A stretch of 35,967 bases of DNA from a bacterium (GTDB lineage: Bacteria; Muiribacteriota; UBA6191): assembly GCA_036339875.1 (NCBI GenBank), contig JAYZAC010000127.1, positions 1-35,967 of the forward strand, read 5' to 3'. Below, one piece after another: positions 1 through 8,767 of the stretch; within the stretch, counting starts at the first letter, position 1, and each line of letters starts with the position of its first letter. The notes below the pieces were generated by a model, which saw only the letters and a list, made by a program, of their open reading frames with translations, was not told the DNA's origin and searched no databases. The translations under genes were made by a program, and so were the position numbers.

Positions 1-978
1 TGGTTAATTTTGAGCATCACTTTGATCTTGTCTTGTTCCACAGAAAAACGATTAATTAGGATCACTTTTTTAATATTTACTCTTTTGTTGATTTTTTGGC
101 TGATTACAAGTAATTCAATCGTTATAAGTTTTCCATATGAATTCCTGATATTCTTTGTTTGTAATTTGGCGCGTGGCTGGGCAATGTTTAAACATTGTAT
201 TTCTTTCAAAGGTGATAAAGTTTCACTTAATGAAATGCTAAGTTTTCTATGGTTTCCTCCACTGCTATGCGGAGGACCGCTAGAAGTCTTCAAGGAGTTC
301 CGAAAGTATCATTTATCTCCTCAATCTATAGCTCCGATGATTGTGACGGGTTACTTTTTGTCTTCAATTATTACAGGTATTCTTCGTGATTTTGTAAGAA
401 GTATCTGGAGTCCTTCAGTATTTATTTATAACGAAGCAAATTTAGTACAACTTCTTATCTACTTTGTTATGGTTAGTATTCTTCTATTTTTACATTTTAT
501 TTCTTGGATACATTTCGTAAGAGCATTTTGTCATTTACTTGGTTATCCCTTCAATAATAGGAATTGTGGTAATTTTCTACTAGGTGGTGGTTTGGTTGAA
601 TTCTGGTCTAGATGGAACCTTAGCGTTACTAATTTCGCTAGAGATCATTTAATCTATCCATTAAATCGAATTCCTAGTAATTTCGAGACTTCGTTAAGAA
701 TACTCTTTTGGTTTTCCATCGTAGGTTTTTTGTTTAATTTTAGTATTTATACTTCTATTTGGGGAGTTTTACAGGGCACTGCTATTATTCTGCAAATTAT
801 CTATCGTAAATGTTGTGTAACAAAAACAAAATTAGGAGATCTAAATCGAAGAATGCCTAAAATATTTAAAATTATATGTGTATTTATCTGGATTTTTGTT
901 ACGACCCCACTTTTGAGTCCTGAAGCTCCTATTCTCTACCAAAATATTTACGAGAGAATTCTTCATTATTTTCATTAA
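1..978 (+). CDS. MBOAT-family membrane-bound O-acyltransferase-like protein (AlgI/DltB-like), 5'-truncated by window edge; catalytic His apparently absent
   Basis: Frame open from base 1; multi-TM; motifs FPPLLCGGPL, FWSRWNLSVTNFARDHLIYPL and WGVLQG match the AlgI/DltB pattern (FP.L..GP, FWRRWHISLS.W.RDY.YIPL, WG..HG). Confidence 0.75.
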   Translation, partial: WLILSITLILSCSTEKRLIRITFLIFTLLLIFWLITSNSIVISFPYEFLIFFVCNLARGWAMFKHCISFKGDKVSLNEMLSFLWFPPLLCGGPLEVFKEFRKYHLSPQSIAPMIVTGYFLSSIITGILRDFVRSIWSPSVFIYNEANLVQLLIYFVMVSILLFLHFISWIHFVRAFCHLLGYPFNNRNCGNFLLGGGLVEFWSRWNLSVTNFARDHLIYPLNRIPSNFETSLRILFWFSIVGFLFNFSIYTSIWGVLQGTAIILQIIYRKCCVTKTKLGDLNRRMPKIFKIICVFIWIFVTTPLLSPEAPILYQNIYERILHYFH

Positions 979-1279
979 CTAGTGATTTTTTTGAAAATTA
1001 AATATTTTAACTAGTTCTTCAAAGAAGCTCCGATCATAATCGGGTCTGATGTTTTCTTGAACATTTTCAAATTTTAAGATATACGAAATGGAAAGTAGTT
1101 AATCTTTGATCATTATTTTTATCAATTATCAAGAAAGTGTTAGAAAATATTAATATGCGATTTTATCAAAGGTCTTAAATCATAATTAGGCTTCCAAAGA
1201 TTAAGGGTAATTTAATAGAATATCTTCGCATTAATCATATCAATATTTTGGCGACATAACGTAGTTTTGGCCAAGAACC

Positions 1280-1308
1280 TTGATTTAATGCATGTTTTCG
1301 AATAAAAT
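1280..1308 (+). promoter_or_regulatory. sigma70-type promoter for the 1340 ORF
   Basis: TTGATT(1280-85)-17 nt-TAAAAT(1303-08). Confidence 0.45.
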
Positions 1309-1339
1309 GTCGGCCCAAGTTTTACGGTAGTAGGGTGGT

Positions 1340-2182
1340 ATGACTCAAGAAAATTATCAAGATCCAGTGGTTAGAGTGTTTCGTGGCAATGACAACGATC
1401 AATTTGAAGCTTACATTCATTTTTACGATGAAACAGGTCTTCCGTTATCGACTAAACTACTTTGTCAACAGAAGTCAGATTCTTCTGAAGAATTTACCGA
1501 GGATAAGTACGTTCTTGACTTGGATGCGTTTCATTTTTACGAATGGGGTAATGTCGGTCGAATCGAATGTCATTCTGATATCAAAGAGATTTGTTTATCC
1601 GACAATCTGCGACCAAAGGTTGGAACTATTGAATTCCTAAATGAACGTCGCAAAGATTTTATCAAACGCGGTAGATTTACATTCATCGATGAGGAAGATG
1701 TAGTTACGCAGTATGATATTTCCGATTTTTTTAAGAAAATGCTTTGGGAAAAGCCAGCTCATCCGATTAGAAATCCTGAATTGAATTTATTCGATCTAGC
1801 AGAATTCCCTGTAAAGGTTGTCTCTCATTTTGGAGATCGTAATTTTGAGAGCACTGTTAGATTCTTTGATTCTTTAGGTAATGAAATGAATCTGGATGCT
1901 TACTCCAAGGAAAAAGACTTTGAGTATGGCGAGTCTTACGAAGAGTGGACCGTAATAGATCTAGCTTCTTTCTTAAAAGAAATGTGGGTTGAGGTATCGG
2001 TGGTAGAGTCACGCTCTGATTTGACAGCACTAGATCGTTTCAGACACGTGAAAGGTAACATAGATTATTTAATCTACTGTAGAGCTAATAATTATAAGAA
2101 ACTACCGGAATACCTATATAAGCGAATCCAGACAAGGCGTCTAGACGATTTTTTGCAAGATATTAAGGGGCCACAAGGATAA
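1340..2182 (+). CDS. hypothetical acidic cytoplasmic protein with internal domain duplication
   Basis: 280 aa ORF with G-rich RBS (AGGGTGG); the two halves align by eye; no family recognised. Confidence 0.75.
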   Translation: MTQENYQDPVVRVFRGNDNDQFEAYIHFYDETGLPLSTKLLCQQKSDSSEEFTEDKYVLDLDAFHFYEWGNVGRIECHSDIKEICLSDNLRPKVGTIEFLNERRKDFIKRGRFTFIDEEDVVTQYDISDFFKKMLWEKPAHPIRNPELNLFDLAEFPVKVVSHFGDRNFESTVRFFDSLGNEMNLDAYSKEKDFEYGESYEEWTVIDLASFLKEMWVEVSVVESRSDLTALDRFRHVKGNIDYLIYCRANNYKKLPEYLYKRIQTRRLDDFLQDIKGPQG

Positions 2183-2219
2183 CCATAACCGCAAAAGTCC
2201 ATGATCTTGGTACCTTCAG

Positions 2220-4340
2220 CTATTTAATATACAATCGCATAATTTTTTGAATCAGAGCATCATGTTTGCCCTTGGTTATCTCGTTGAAGATGTTGTGATC
2301 CTTCTCGCTAAGTTTAAGTTTGGGAGCTAATTCGTACCCTTTAGTGTAGTTATCCGAGGACTCTCTTTGTTTAGTTTGATTAAGGGCATAAATCAATCCT
2401 AGTCTGTAATGAGCTATGGCTTTAGATTGATTATTTCCATTTTTAGTTGCGATGGTAAGTTCTTTAATAGCTGCTTTTTTGTCCTTTAGTAAAAACTTTA
2501 ACCAGCCTGTATGGCTAAAATATTTTCGAGAACCGGTAAGCTTTACAAGGTTCTGATAGATTTTAAGTGCTTTCTTAAAGTCGCGCTTATGGTAATGAAA
2601 ATTCGCAAAAAATGCTTGATAGCTTGGATTTCGAGTGTGAACTTTTAATAGTTGCTTAACCTTAGCTTCCGCCTCAGGGTAGTATTCTAAAGTCATTAGA
2701 ATGTCTAGATACAACAAATTATATTCTTCTTTATTATTAGATTTCACTCCCACACCTTCTAAGGCAGTTAATGCATTAGAGTACTGGTCTAATTTCATAT
2801 AAGATTGTGCCATTAAGTATCTAAAATATGGATTGTCTCCCGTGCTAGACAGTCCTTCCTTACTAAATTTTATACAATTACGATATTCAGCACGTTGAAA
2901 AGATAGTTCAATTGCGTGTTTGTAGATTTCAACATTTTTAACTACGAGTCTGGCTTCCAGTGCAGTTTTATACGCACTATTGTTACTTTGATCATTACGC
3001 AATATTTTTATCATTAGATCCCAGGCGAGTGGGTGTTCCACTTTCTTAGTAATGGCTTGCTTTAAGCTTATAGTAGCTCTCTGGGGTTCTCCGGCATTGT
3101 AATAAAAAAGGCCTAACGCTGTTTGAGCAAAAGGGTTTGTTTGATCTTGGCTCAGAGCTAAATCAATTAGGCTTAAGGCTTCTTGAGGATCAATTTTCTT
3201 ATTTTGGAGCATTAAAATTGCTGTATATGCTAAGTAGTCCGCATTAGAATTTCTAATTTGTAATGCTTTTTGTAACGAATCTAGGGCAAGTTCTGATTTG
3301 TCTAAAAAGAATGCAGCTTCACCAAGATACTCAAGAAAGGCACTATACTCTGGAAATTTTTCAACACCAGAAGTCGCTAAGGGTAAAATTTGTTCAAAAT
3401 CCCGTCTTTTTCTTAAAATATTTAAGGATATCCGATAAGGTAGAAGAAAATTAGATGAATTTTTTATTACTCGATTTGACATTTCAACGGCGCTTTTCCA
3501 GAGATAATCCTTATTTTCAGTGTAAGCCATAGCTTCGATACCCAAAGTAAGAAACATTAGCGGATACACAGGATGATTAAAAGTAGCCTTCCTGATCTCT
3601 CTATCAATTCTACTTAACTGCTTATTATCTTGTTTTTGAAGGGCAATAAGATAGTCATAAAGTAGGCGATCAGGATGATCATTAAACTGCTCATTAAATG
3701 CTCTGTACTTTTTTTCGAACTGTTTTTGACGTCCTGAGATTAAGTCTGCCAATAGAGGAAAGAATGAAAATTGAGGATGTTGGGCACCTGCTTCTTGCGC
3801 AACGCGACATATACTGACCATATTTTCATATTGACTCATAAAAAATAAAGCATTGATAAGATGTAAATAGGTTTCTACATAGGCGAGCCCATTTTCTATT
3901 AAATATTTAGCATGCAGAATTGATTGTCTGAAATCTTTCTTGTAGAGATAGATTTGGGCAAGATGATTGTGTGCAGGATGATATTCGGGCTCAATCCGCA
4001 ATATTTTCAGAAGTGCATTTGTGGCTAGATTTATTTTTCCCTGTTTCAAATAAACCTGAGCCAAACGTTCTAACGCTATAATATCTCTAGAATTTATCAA
4101 GAGTAGTGTATTGTAGGCTTTTTCGGCTCGTAAAAAATCCATATCTGAATAAGCTTTTAAGCCTCGATCAAATATTTTTTGAAAAGAATCGCTAAGATGG
4201 TGCTTTTGCTTGTAAGGTTCCAGAAGTTTAGAAGGAATGGTACTTAGCTCATGTGTATAATAAAATGCACAAATATTTGGCACAGTAAATAGAGCTAGAA
4301 AAACGAATATTGTAATAAATATATAACTACGTTGTAACAT
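2220..4340 (-). CDS. exported tetratricopeptide-repeat protein
   Basis: N-terminal signal/TM segment; repeated TPR patterns (ALERLAQVYLKQGK, AHNHLAQIYL, YLGEAAF, ALGLFYYNAGE, AHYRLGLIY). Confidence 0.85.
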   Translation of the reverse strand: MLQRSYIFITIFVFLALFTVPNICAFYYTHELSTIPSKLLEPYKQKHHLSDSFQKIFDRGLKAYSDMDFLRAEKAYNTLLLINSRDIIALERLAQVYLKQGKINLATNALLKILRIEPEYHPAHNHLAQIYLYKKDFRQSILHAKYLIENGLAYVETYLHLINALFFMSQYENMVSICRVAQEAGAQHPQFSFFPLLADLISGRQKQFEKKYRAFNEQFNDHPDRLLYDYLIALQKQDNKQLSRIDREIRKATFNHPVYPLMFLTLGIEAMAYTENKDYLWKSAVEMSNRVIKNSSNFLLPYRISLNILRKRRDFEQILPLATSGVEKFPEYSAFLEYLGEAAFFLDKSELALDSLQKALQIRNSNADYLAYTAILMLQNKKIDPQEALSLIDLALSQDQTNPFAQTALGLFYYNAGEPQRATISLKQAITKKVEHPLAWDLMIKILRNDQSNNSAYKTALEARLVVKNVEIYKHAIELSFQRAEYRNCIKFSKEGLSSTGDNPYFRYLMAQSYMKLDQYSNALTALEGVGVKSNNKEEYNLLYLDILMTLEYYPEAEAKVKQLLKVHTRNPSYQAFFANFHYHKRDFKKALKIYQNLVKLTGSRKYFSHTGWLKFLLKDKKAAIKELTIATKNGNNQSKAIAHYRLGLIYALNQTKQRESSDNYTKGYELAPKLKLSEKDHNIFNEITKGKHDALIQKIMRLYIK

Positions 4341-4465
4341 TAAGACTTTACTTTTAAGTCATGATAGTTTGTCCATAAGGATTTCGGCAAAAAGAGCCTG
4401 TAATCGGACAAGTTCTTCGAAAAGGTCTTGAAAAAGACAACAAAATAAGAATTCAAGGAGCGAAT

Positions 4466-4954
4466 ATGGCATATGCCAAAGATTATTCCCGAAATAAGGA
4501 GACGAAAGAAGGGCGTGATAATGTTAAAAAATGGTTAGGGGTCATTTGGTATTTTATTATTGGTAGTGAGACTATCTATCATATTTTCAAAGGACTCTAT
4601 TTAACATGGGTTTTTTCAATAAAAATTCCTATGGCTAAAGTCCTTGAGAGGATTGATAATTTAGATCCTCAGGCAAGTACTGATATGGTTGGTTTAACGT
4701 TATTTTCTCTCCAAGAGTGGCAGTACCACTTCATGTTTGGTTTACGTGGACCAATGGTTTTATTTGGTGCTTATTTATTATATAGATACACCGTCTATTT
4801 AAGTCCCTTTCAAAAAAAGAACGCTTCTGGCCGTGGAAGATCAAACTCGGTAGGTAAATCCAGTAGTACAGCTCATAATAGCTCCCGAAATTCAGGCACA
4901 AACTCTGGTGGTTCTCGACGTGGCAGGTCATCAGGCTCATCTCGAAATCGCTAA
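4466..4954 (+). CDS. hypothetical membrane protein with Ser/Gly/Arg-rich C-terminal tail
   Basis: AAGGAG RBS; two hydrophobic segments; low-complexity tail; stop 6 nt before next gene. Confidence 0.7.
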   Translation: MAYAKDYSRNKETKEGRDNVKKWLGVIWYFIIGSETIYHIFKGLYLTWVFSIKIPMAKVLERIDNLDPQASTDMVGLTLFSLQEWQYHFMFGLRGPMVLFGAYLLYRYTVYLSPFQKKNASGRGRSNSVGKSSSTAHNSSRNSGTNSGGSRRGRSSGSSRNR

Positions 4955-4960
4955 TGCAAT

Positions 4961-5821
4961 ATGAAGACCTTTTGTCTTGATTTGGCTCAACAAGTTGTCG
5001 GTGAAAAGATTATAGATAAATCTCAGCTAACAGGGGGATGCGTAGGGCAAGTATATAAACTTCAATTTGAGACAGGTAAAATTTATGTAGCTAAAGTTGC
5101 ATCTGAACTTGATTTTGAGAATTTAAAGACGGAAGGTAGGACATTAATTTATCTTAGAGAAAATAGTCCTATACCTGTGCCGAAGGTTTTCTACAATGAA
5201 CAAGGTTTATTATTAATGGAGTTTATACCCTCTGACTCGATTAAGGATCAAAAACTACAAAGGAATTGTGCTCGTCATTTTGCGGCTTTACATGAATGTC
5301 ATTCTGATAAATATGGCTTTGAATTTGACACTGTGATAGGCGGTATCAGGCAAGTTAATTTATGGCATTCTACCTGGATAGATTTTTTTATAGATAGCCG
5401 TATTAAGTATATGGCTAAGATAGCTCGAGATGCGGGGCAATTGAAATCTCATGATTGCATCAGACTTCATAAATTGTGCAGTCAATTGGATCGTTGGTTG
5501 GAAGAACCATTAAAGCCAGCTTTACTGCATGGAGATGCATGGGGTGGAAATATATTAACTTACAACGGTAGACTCAATGCTGTTATAGACCCCGCTTGCT
5601 ATTACGGACACCCAGAGGTTGAACTTGCATTCACAACTATGTTCCACACTTTCGATCGAAGTTTCTTTGAGGAATATAGGCAATCAAATTCTCTAGCATC
5701 AGGTTTTTTTGAAGAGCGCAAAGATCTTTATCTCTTATATCCAATTCTTGTGCATGTGGTCTTATTTGGAGAGACCTACATAGACATCTTTGATCGTACG
5801 CTAAGGCGTTATGGATTTTGA
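4961..5821 (+). CDS. fructosamine/ketosamine-3-kinase family protein
   Basis: GGCV N-lobe loop, LLHGDAWGGN catalytic loop, IDPACYYGHPEVELA, LY.LYP.LVH..LFG..Y. Confidence 0.92.
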   Translation: MKTFCLDLAQQVVGEKIIDKSQLTGGCVGQVYKLQFETGKIYVAKVASELDFENLKTEGRTLIYLRENSPIPVPKVFYNEQGLLLMEFIPSDSIKDQKLQRNCARHFAALHECHSDKYGFEFDTVIGGIRQVNLWHSTWIDFFIDSRIKYMAKIARDAGQLKSHDCIRLHKLCSQLDRWLEEPLKPALLHGDAWGGNILTYNGRLNAVIDPACYYGHPEVELAFTTMFHTFDRSFFEEYRQSNSLASGFFEERKDLYLLYPILVHVVLFGETYIDIFDRTLRRYGF

Positions 5822-6273
5822 ATTGGCCTGGATTTGCCGTACAGATTGTGATGATTTTGAAATTTGTGAAAGAAAGAGTTTTTTCTGGTCTCTACAAGTT
5901 CCATCTCATCTAGATAAGCCATGACAGGGGAGTCTTCTAGCCACTCGGCGAATACATGAACAATTTGTTCTCCTGTGGTAATGGGGTTCTGAATTCCACG
6001 TTTAGCGAATACTTCGTTGAGACTCTGGTACATGCAAGGTTTAACAACGATTTCAAATACTTGGTTTTTAAGCTGATCACTCAAAAATGGGTTTTCTTGA
6101 CTGAATGCATATTTGAACGTTACTTTGAGTTTGTAGTTGTGACCATGTCCATATTGGCCCATGCACTTACTAAAAACGCTGAGGTTTTCATCGTGGCTCA
6201 AGGTATTGCTAATTAGTCGATGATGACAAGGTATTTCAAATGTAACGGTTTTATAAATTACTGGTTTGACCAT
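5809..6273 (-). CDS. 6-pyruvoyl-tetrahydropterin synthase (PTPS/QueD family) paralogue 2, divergent
   Basis: HHRL, CMGQYGHGHNY, TTGEQI, ETRKN; start moved to ATG 6273 (GGAG RBS). Confidence 0.8.
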   Translation of the reverse strand: MVKPVIYKTVTFEIPCHHRLISNTLSHDENLSVFSKCMGQYGHGHNYKLKVTFKYAFSQENPFLSDQLKNQVFEIVVKPCMYQSLNEVFAKRGIQNPITTGEQIVHVFAEWLEDSPVMAYLDEMELVETRKNSFFHKFQNHHNLYGKSRPIQNP

Positions 6274-6679
6274 AATACTCCACGAATAGTTCGGGGTTTT
6301 CATATAGTTTTAACTTGAAAAGTGAATTTGGCTCGCTAAATTCACTTTCTAATTGCAGCCAACAATAGTGAACAATATTTTCTGTCGTAGGAACTCGTGA
6401 TTTGAAGAAATCAATCTCTCTATCAAGAAAGCGATGATCAAGTTGGGACATAATCTTTTCGCGCAGAATTTTGTCTAAATCTGTCAGATTGATAACCATC
6501 CCATTGTCCTCGTCAATTGCTCCATAGATAGTTACCTCAAGTTCATAGTTGTGTCCGTGTCCATGAGGATTATTGCAAGGTCCGAAAACATCTTTATTTT
6601 TCTGATCACTCCAATCTGGATTGTGGTATCGATGAGCAGCCGAAAAATAAATTTTTCTGGAAAGATAAACTTTTTTCAT
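6251..6679 (-). CDS. queD: 6-pyruvoyl-tetrahydropterin / 6-carboxytetrahydropterin synthase
   Basis: FSAAHRY, CNNPHGHGHNY, GMVINL..L, LDHRFLD, PTTENI motifs. Confidence 0.9.
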   Translation of the reverse strand: MKKVYLSRKIYFSAAHRYHNPDWSDQKNKDVFGPCNNPHGHGHNYELEVTIYGAIDEDNGMVINLTDLDKILREKIMSQLDHRFLDREIDFFKSRVPTTENIVHYCWLQLESEFSEPNSLFKLKLYENPELFVEYYGQTSNL

Positions 6680-6691
6680 TATTACTGTCCT

Positions 6692-7435
6692 TTAGCTAAT
6701 CAGTGAAATACCACCATCAATATTCAGAATACTCCCAGTCATCCAAGCAAAAGAGGGTTGACTCAATTGGTAAAGCATTTCAGCAAATTCCTGAGGTGTT
6801 CCAATTCGACCAAGTGGGTGCATTGTTGACATGTCACTTTGAAATTTGCTCGCTGCATCTGCGCCCATGACCTTGGCATGAATTGGAGTAGCGACTACCC
6901 CAGGCATTATGATATTCGCACGGACTTTAGGGGCGTGTTCCATAGCAATACTTTGTGTAAGACTTACTAAGGCTGCTTTTGAAGCAGAGTATAAAGAGGT
7001 GCCTGGAGCTGGTTTGTTGCCTAATGTTGAACCAATATTGAGAATTAAACCTTTTTTGTTCTGGTTTATCCAATTATTAATACAAGCCTTACTCAGGAAC
7101 ACTACTGAGCTGAAATTAGTTGTAAACATTGAGTCAATTTCAAGTTGTGTTGTTTCAATTAAATTATTACCGCTGTACATGGCTGCATTATTGATGAGGA
7201 TCTCAGGGTCGAACTCGCTTAAAAATCCTTCGATGTCCCGAAATGATTTTGCATCACCTAAGTCAACGATTTGTACGTCTAAATTTCTCTGATTCGCGTC
7301 TATTGAATTTAGGAGAGCCGCCTTCTTTTCAGAATTGCGAGCTGTTGTTCCGACTGTGTAGCCGTTATCAAGAAATATTTGCACTGTAGAGCGTCCTATT
7401 CCGGAGGTGCCTCCTGAAATAAAAATACGTTTCAT
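6692..7435 (-). CDS. short-chain dehydrogenase/reductase (SDR)
   Basis: SGGTSGIG Rossmann motif, LINNAA, catalytic S...YSASK, PLGRIG.P.E. Confidence 0.93.
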   Translation of the reverse strand: MKRIFISGGTSGIGRSTVQIFLDNGYTVGTTARNSEKKAALLNSIDANQRNLDVQIVDLGDAKSFRDIEGFLSEFDPEILINNAAMYSGNNLIETTQLEIDSMFTTNFSSVVFLSKACINNWINQNKKGLILNIGSTLGNKPAPGTSLYSASKAALVSLTQSIAMEHAPKVRANIIMPGVVATPIHAKVMGADAASKFQSDMSTMHPLGRIGTPQEFAEMLYQLSQPSFAWMTGSILNIDGGISLIS

Positions 7436-7443
7436 TGTACTCC

Positions 7444-8520
7444 TTAGTGATTGGGTCGTTTGGGTATAATCACTTTACTGCTGATTCCTCTATGATTAAA
7501 AATACTGATTTGCGCAGCTAAATTTTGCGAGGCCTTTTCGAATGCTTCTGCTACAGTAGAGTTTGCTTGAGAAATAACAACAGGGATCCCTTTGTCACCT
7601 GCTTTACAAACTTCAGGGTCTAGCGGAATACTTCCAAGTAATCTACTTTCAGTATTTTCTGCGAGTATTTTGCCACCGCCTTCAGCGAAGAAATGAATCG
7701 TTTCGCCTGATTCGGGATGTGTGTATCCGGCCATATTTTCAATTATCCCTAACAATGGTATTTTTAGCGTTCGAAGCATACTTTCAGCTCTTCGGACATC
7801 GGCTAACGCGACTTGCTGCGGTGTGGTAACCATTACGGCACCTACTACGGGGACTACTTGTGATAAAGACAACTGAACATCTCCCGTTCCCGGTGGTAAA
7901 TCTAGAACAAGATAATCTAAGGCACCCCAGTCAACGTCACTACAGAATTGGTTTACAATTTTGTGGATCATGGGTCCGCGCCAAATAAGAGCCGAATCTT
8001 CATCTACTAAAAAACCTGAGCTCATAATTTTGATGCCATGGCTTTCAAGTGGAACTATTTTTTGATCCTCTGTGAGTGTGGGTTTGTCTTGAGTGCCCAT
8101 CATTGTAGGTATGCTTGGACCGTAGATATCAGCATCTAATAGGCCAACTTTACTACCACCCCTAGCTAGACAAATCGCAATATTGGTGGCTACTGTAGAT
8201 TTTCCTACACCACCCTTGCCGCTAAGGACTAATATGATGTTTTTGACTTCAGATAAGTTACTTCCACCTTTAGTATTATTTGCCAAAACCTTTGCAGTAA
8301 GTATGACTTCAAATTCCAGACCTTCAATAGAGCTCAGTGCTCGTCTACAGTCGTCTTCAATCTTCTGTTTCATTGGACATGCTGGGGTGGTTAGTTCGAC
8401 TATCACTCTCACGGGAGTCGATTCTAAATCTATTTCTTTGATCATGCCAAGGGTAACTAAGTCACTTCCTAGGTCCGGATCTGGAACTTTTGATAGAGCT
8501 GATAATATCATATCTCTCAT
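7444..8520 (-). CDS. apbC: Mrp/NBP35 (ApbC) P-loop ATPase, Fe-S cluster carrier family
   Basis: N-terminal DUF59-like domain (DPDL...LTTPACP), SGKGGVGKST, DADIYGPS, WRGPM, DLPPGTGD, ENM. Confidence 0.93.
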   Translation of the reverse strand: MRDMILSALSKVPDPDLGSDLVTLGMIKEIDLESTPVRVIVELTTPACPMKQKIEDDCRRALSSIEGLEFEVILTAKVLANNTKGGSNLSEVKNIILVLSGKGGVGKSTVATNIAICLARGGSKVGLLDADIYGPSIPTMMGTQDKPTLTEDQKIVPLESHGIKIMSSGFLVDEDSALIWRGPMIHKIVNQFCSDVDWGALDYLVLDLPPGTGDVQLSLSQVVPVVGAVMVTTPQQVALADVRRAESMLRTLKIPLLGIIENMAGYTHPESGETIHFFAEGGGKILAENTESRLLGSIPLDPEVCKAGDKGIPVVISQANSTVAEAFEKASQNLAAQISIFNHRGISSKVIIPKRPNH

Positions 8521-8759
8521 TAGGCATACTCCTGTCGTAAATAGTCGACGATATCAGAAGATTCTAATAAAGGTTCACCATTTATAACAAGACATGGTAC
8601 TTGCGTTTTACCAGTCAATTCGATGAGTTCCTGCCTAGCTCCAGAGTCTGTACGTGTGTTTTTAGTGGGAATATCTACATCCAAGTTATCTAATTCTCTT
8701 AAAACTAATTGGCAGAACGGACATTCGGGAAATTGGTAAAGTATATATGTTTTACTCAT
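8520..8759 (-). CDS. glutaredoxin-like protein
   Basis: CPFC active site, QVPCL (cis-Pro), ESSDIVDYL. Confidence 0.88.
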   Translation of the reverse strand: MSKTYILYQFPECPFCQLVLRELDNLDVDIPTKNTRTDSGARQELIELTGKTQVPCLVINGEPLLESSDIVDYLRQEYA

Positions 8760-8767
8760 CGTTTCTC

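Noticed and set aside
975..1014. TTAACTAGT direct repeat after the MBOAT stop
   Set aside because: Two 9-bp copies in very AT-rich DNA; compatible with chance
1248..1266. Possible sigma54 promoter (TTGGCG...)
   Set aside because: No GC at the -12 position
4381..4407. GCCGAAAT sigma28-like -10 upstream of the TPR gene (minus strand)
   Set aside because: No TAAA-like -35 at 15-nt spacing (CCGA found)
6251..6303. Frameshifted single double-domain PTPS (pseudogene or programmed frameshift)
   Set aside because: Copy 1 is complete to its C-terminus and copy 2 has its own GGAG-ATG; no slippery site seen
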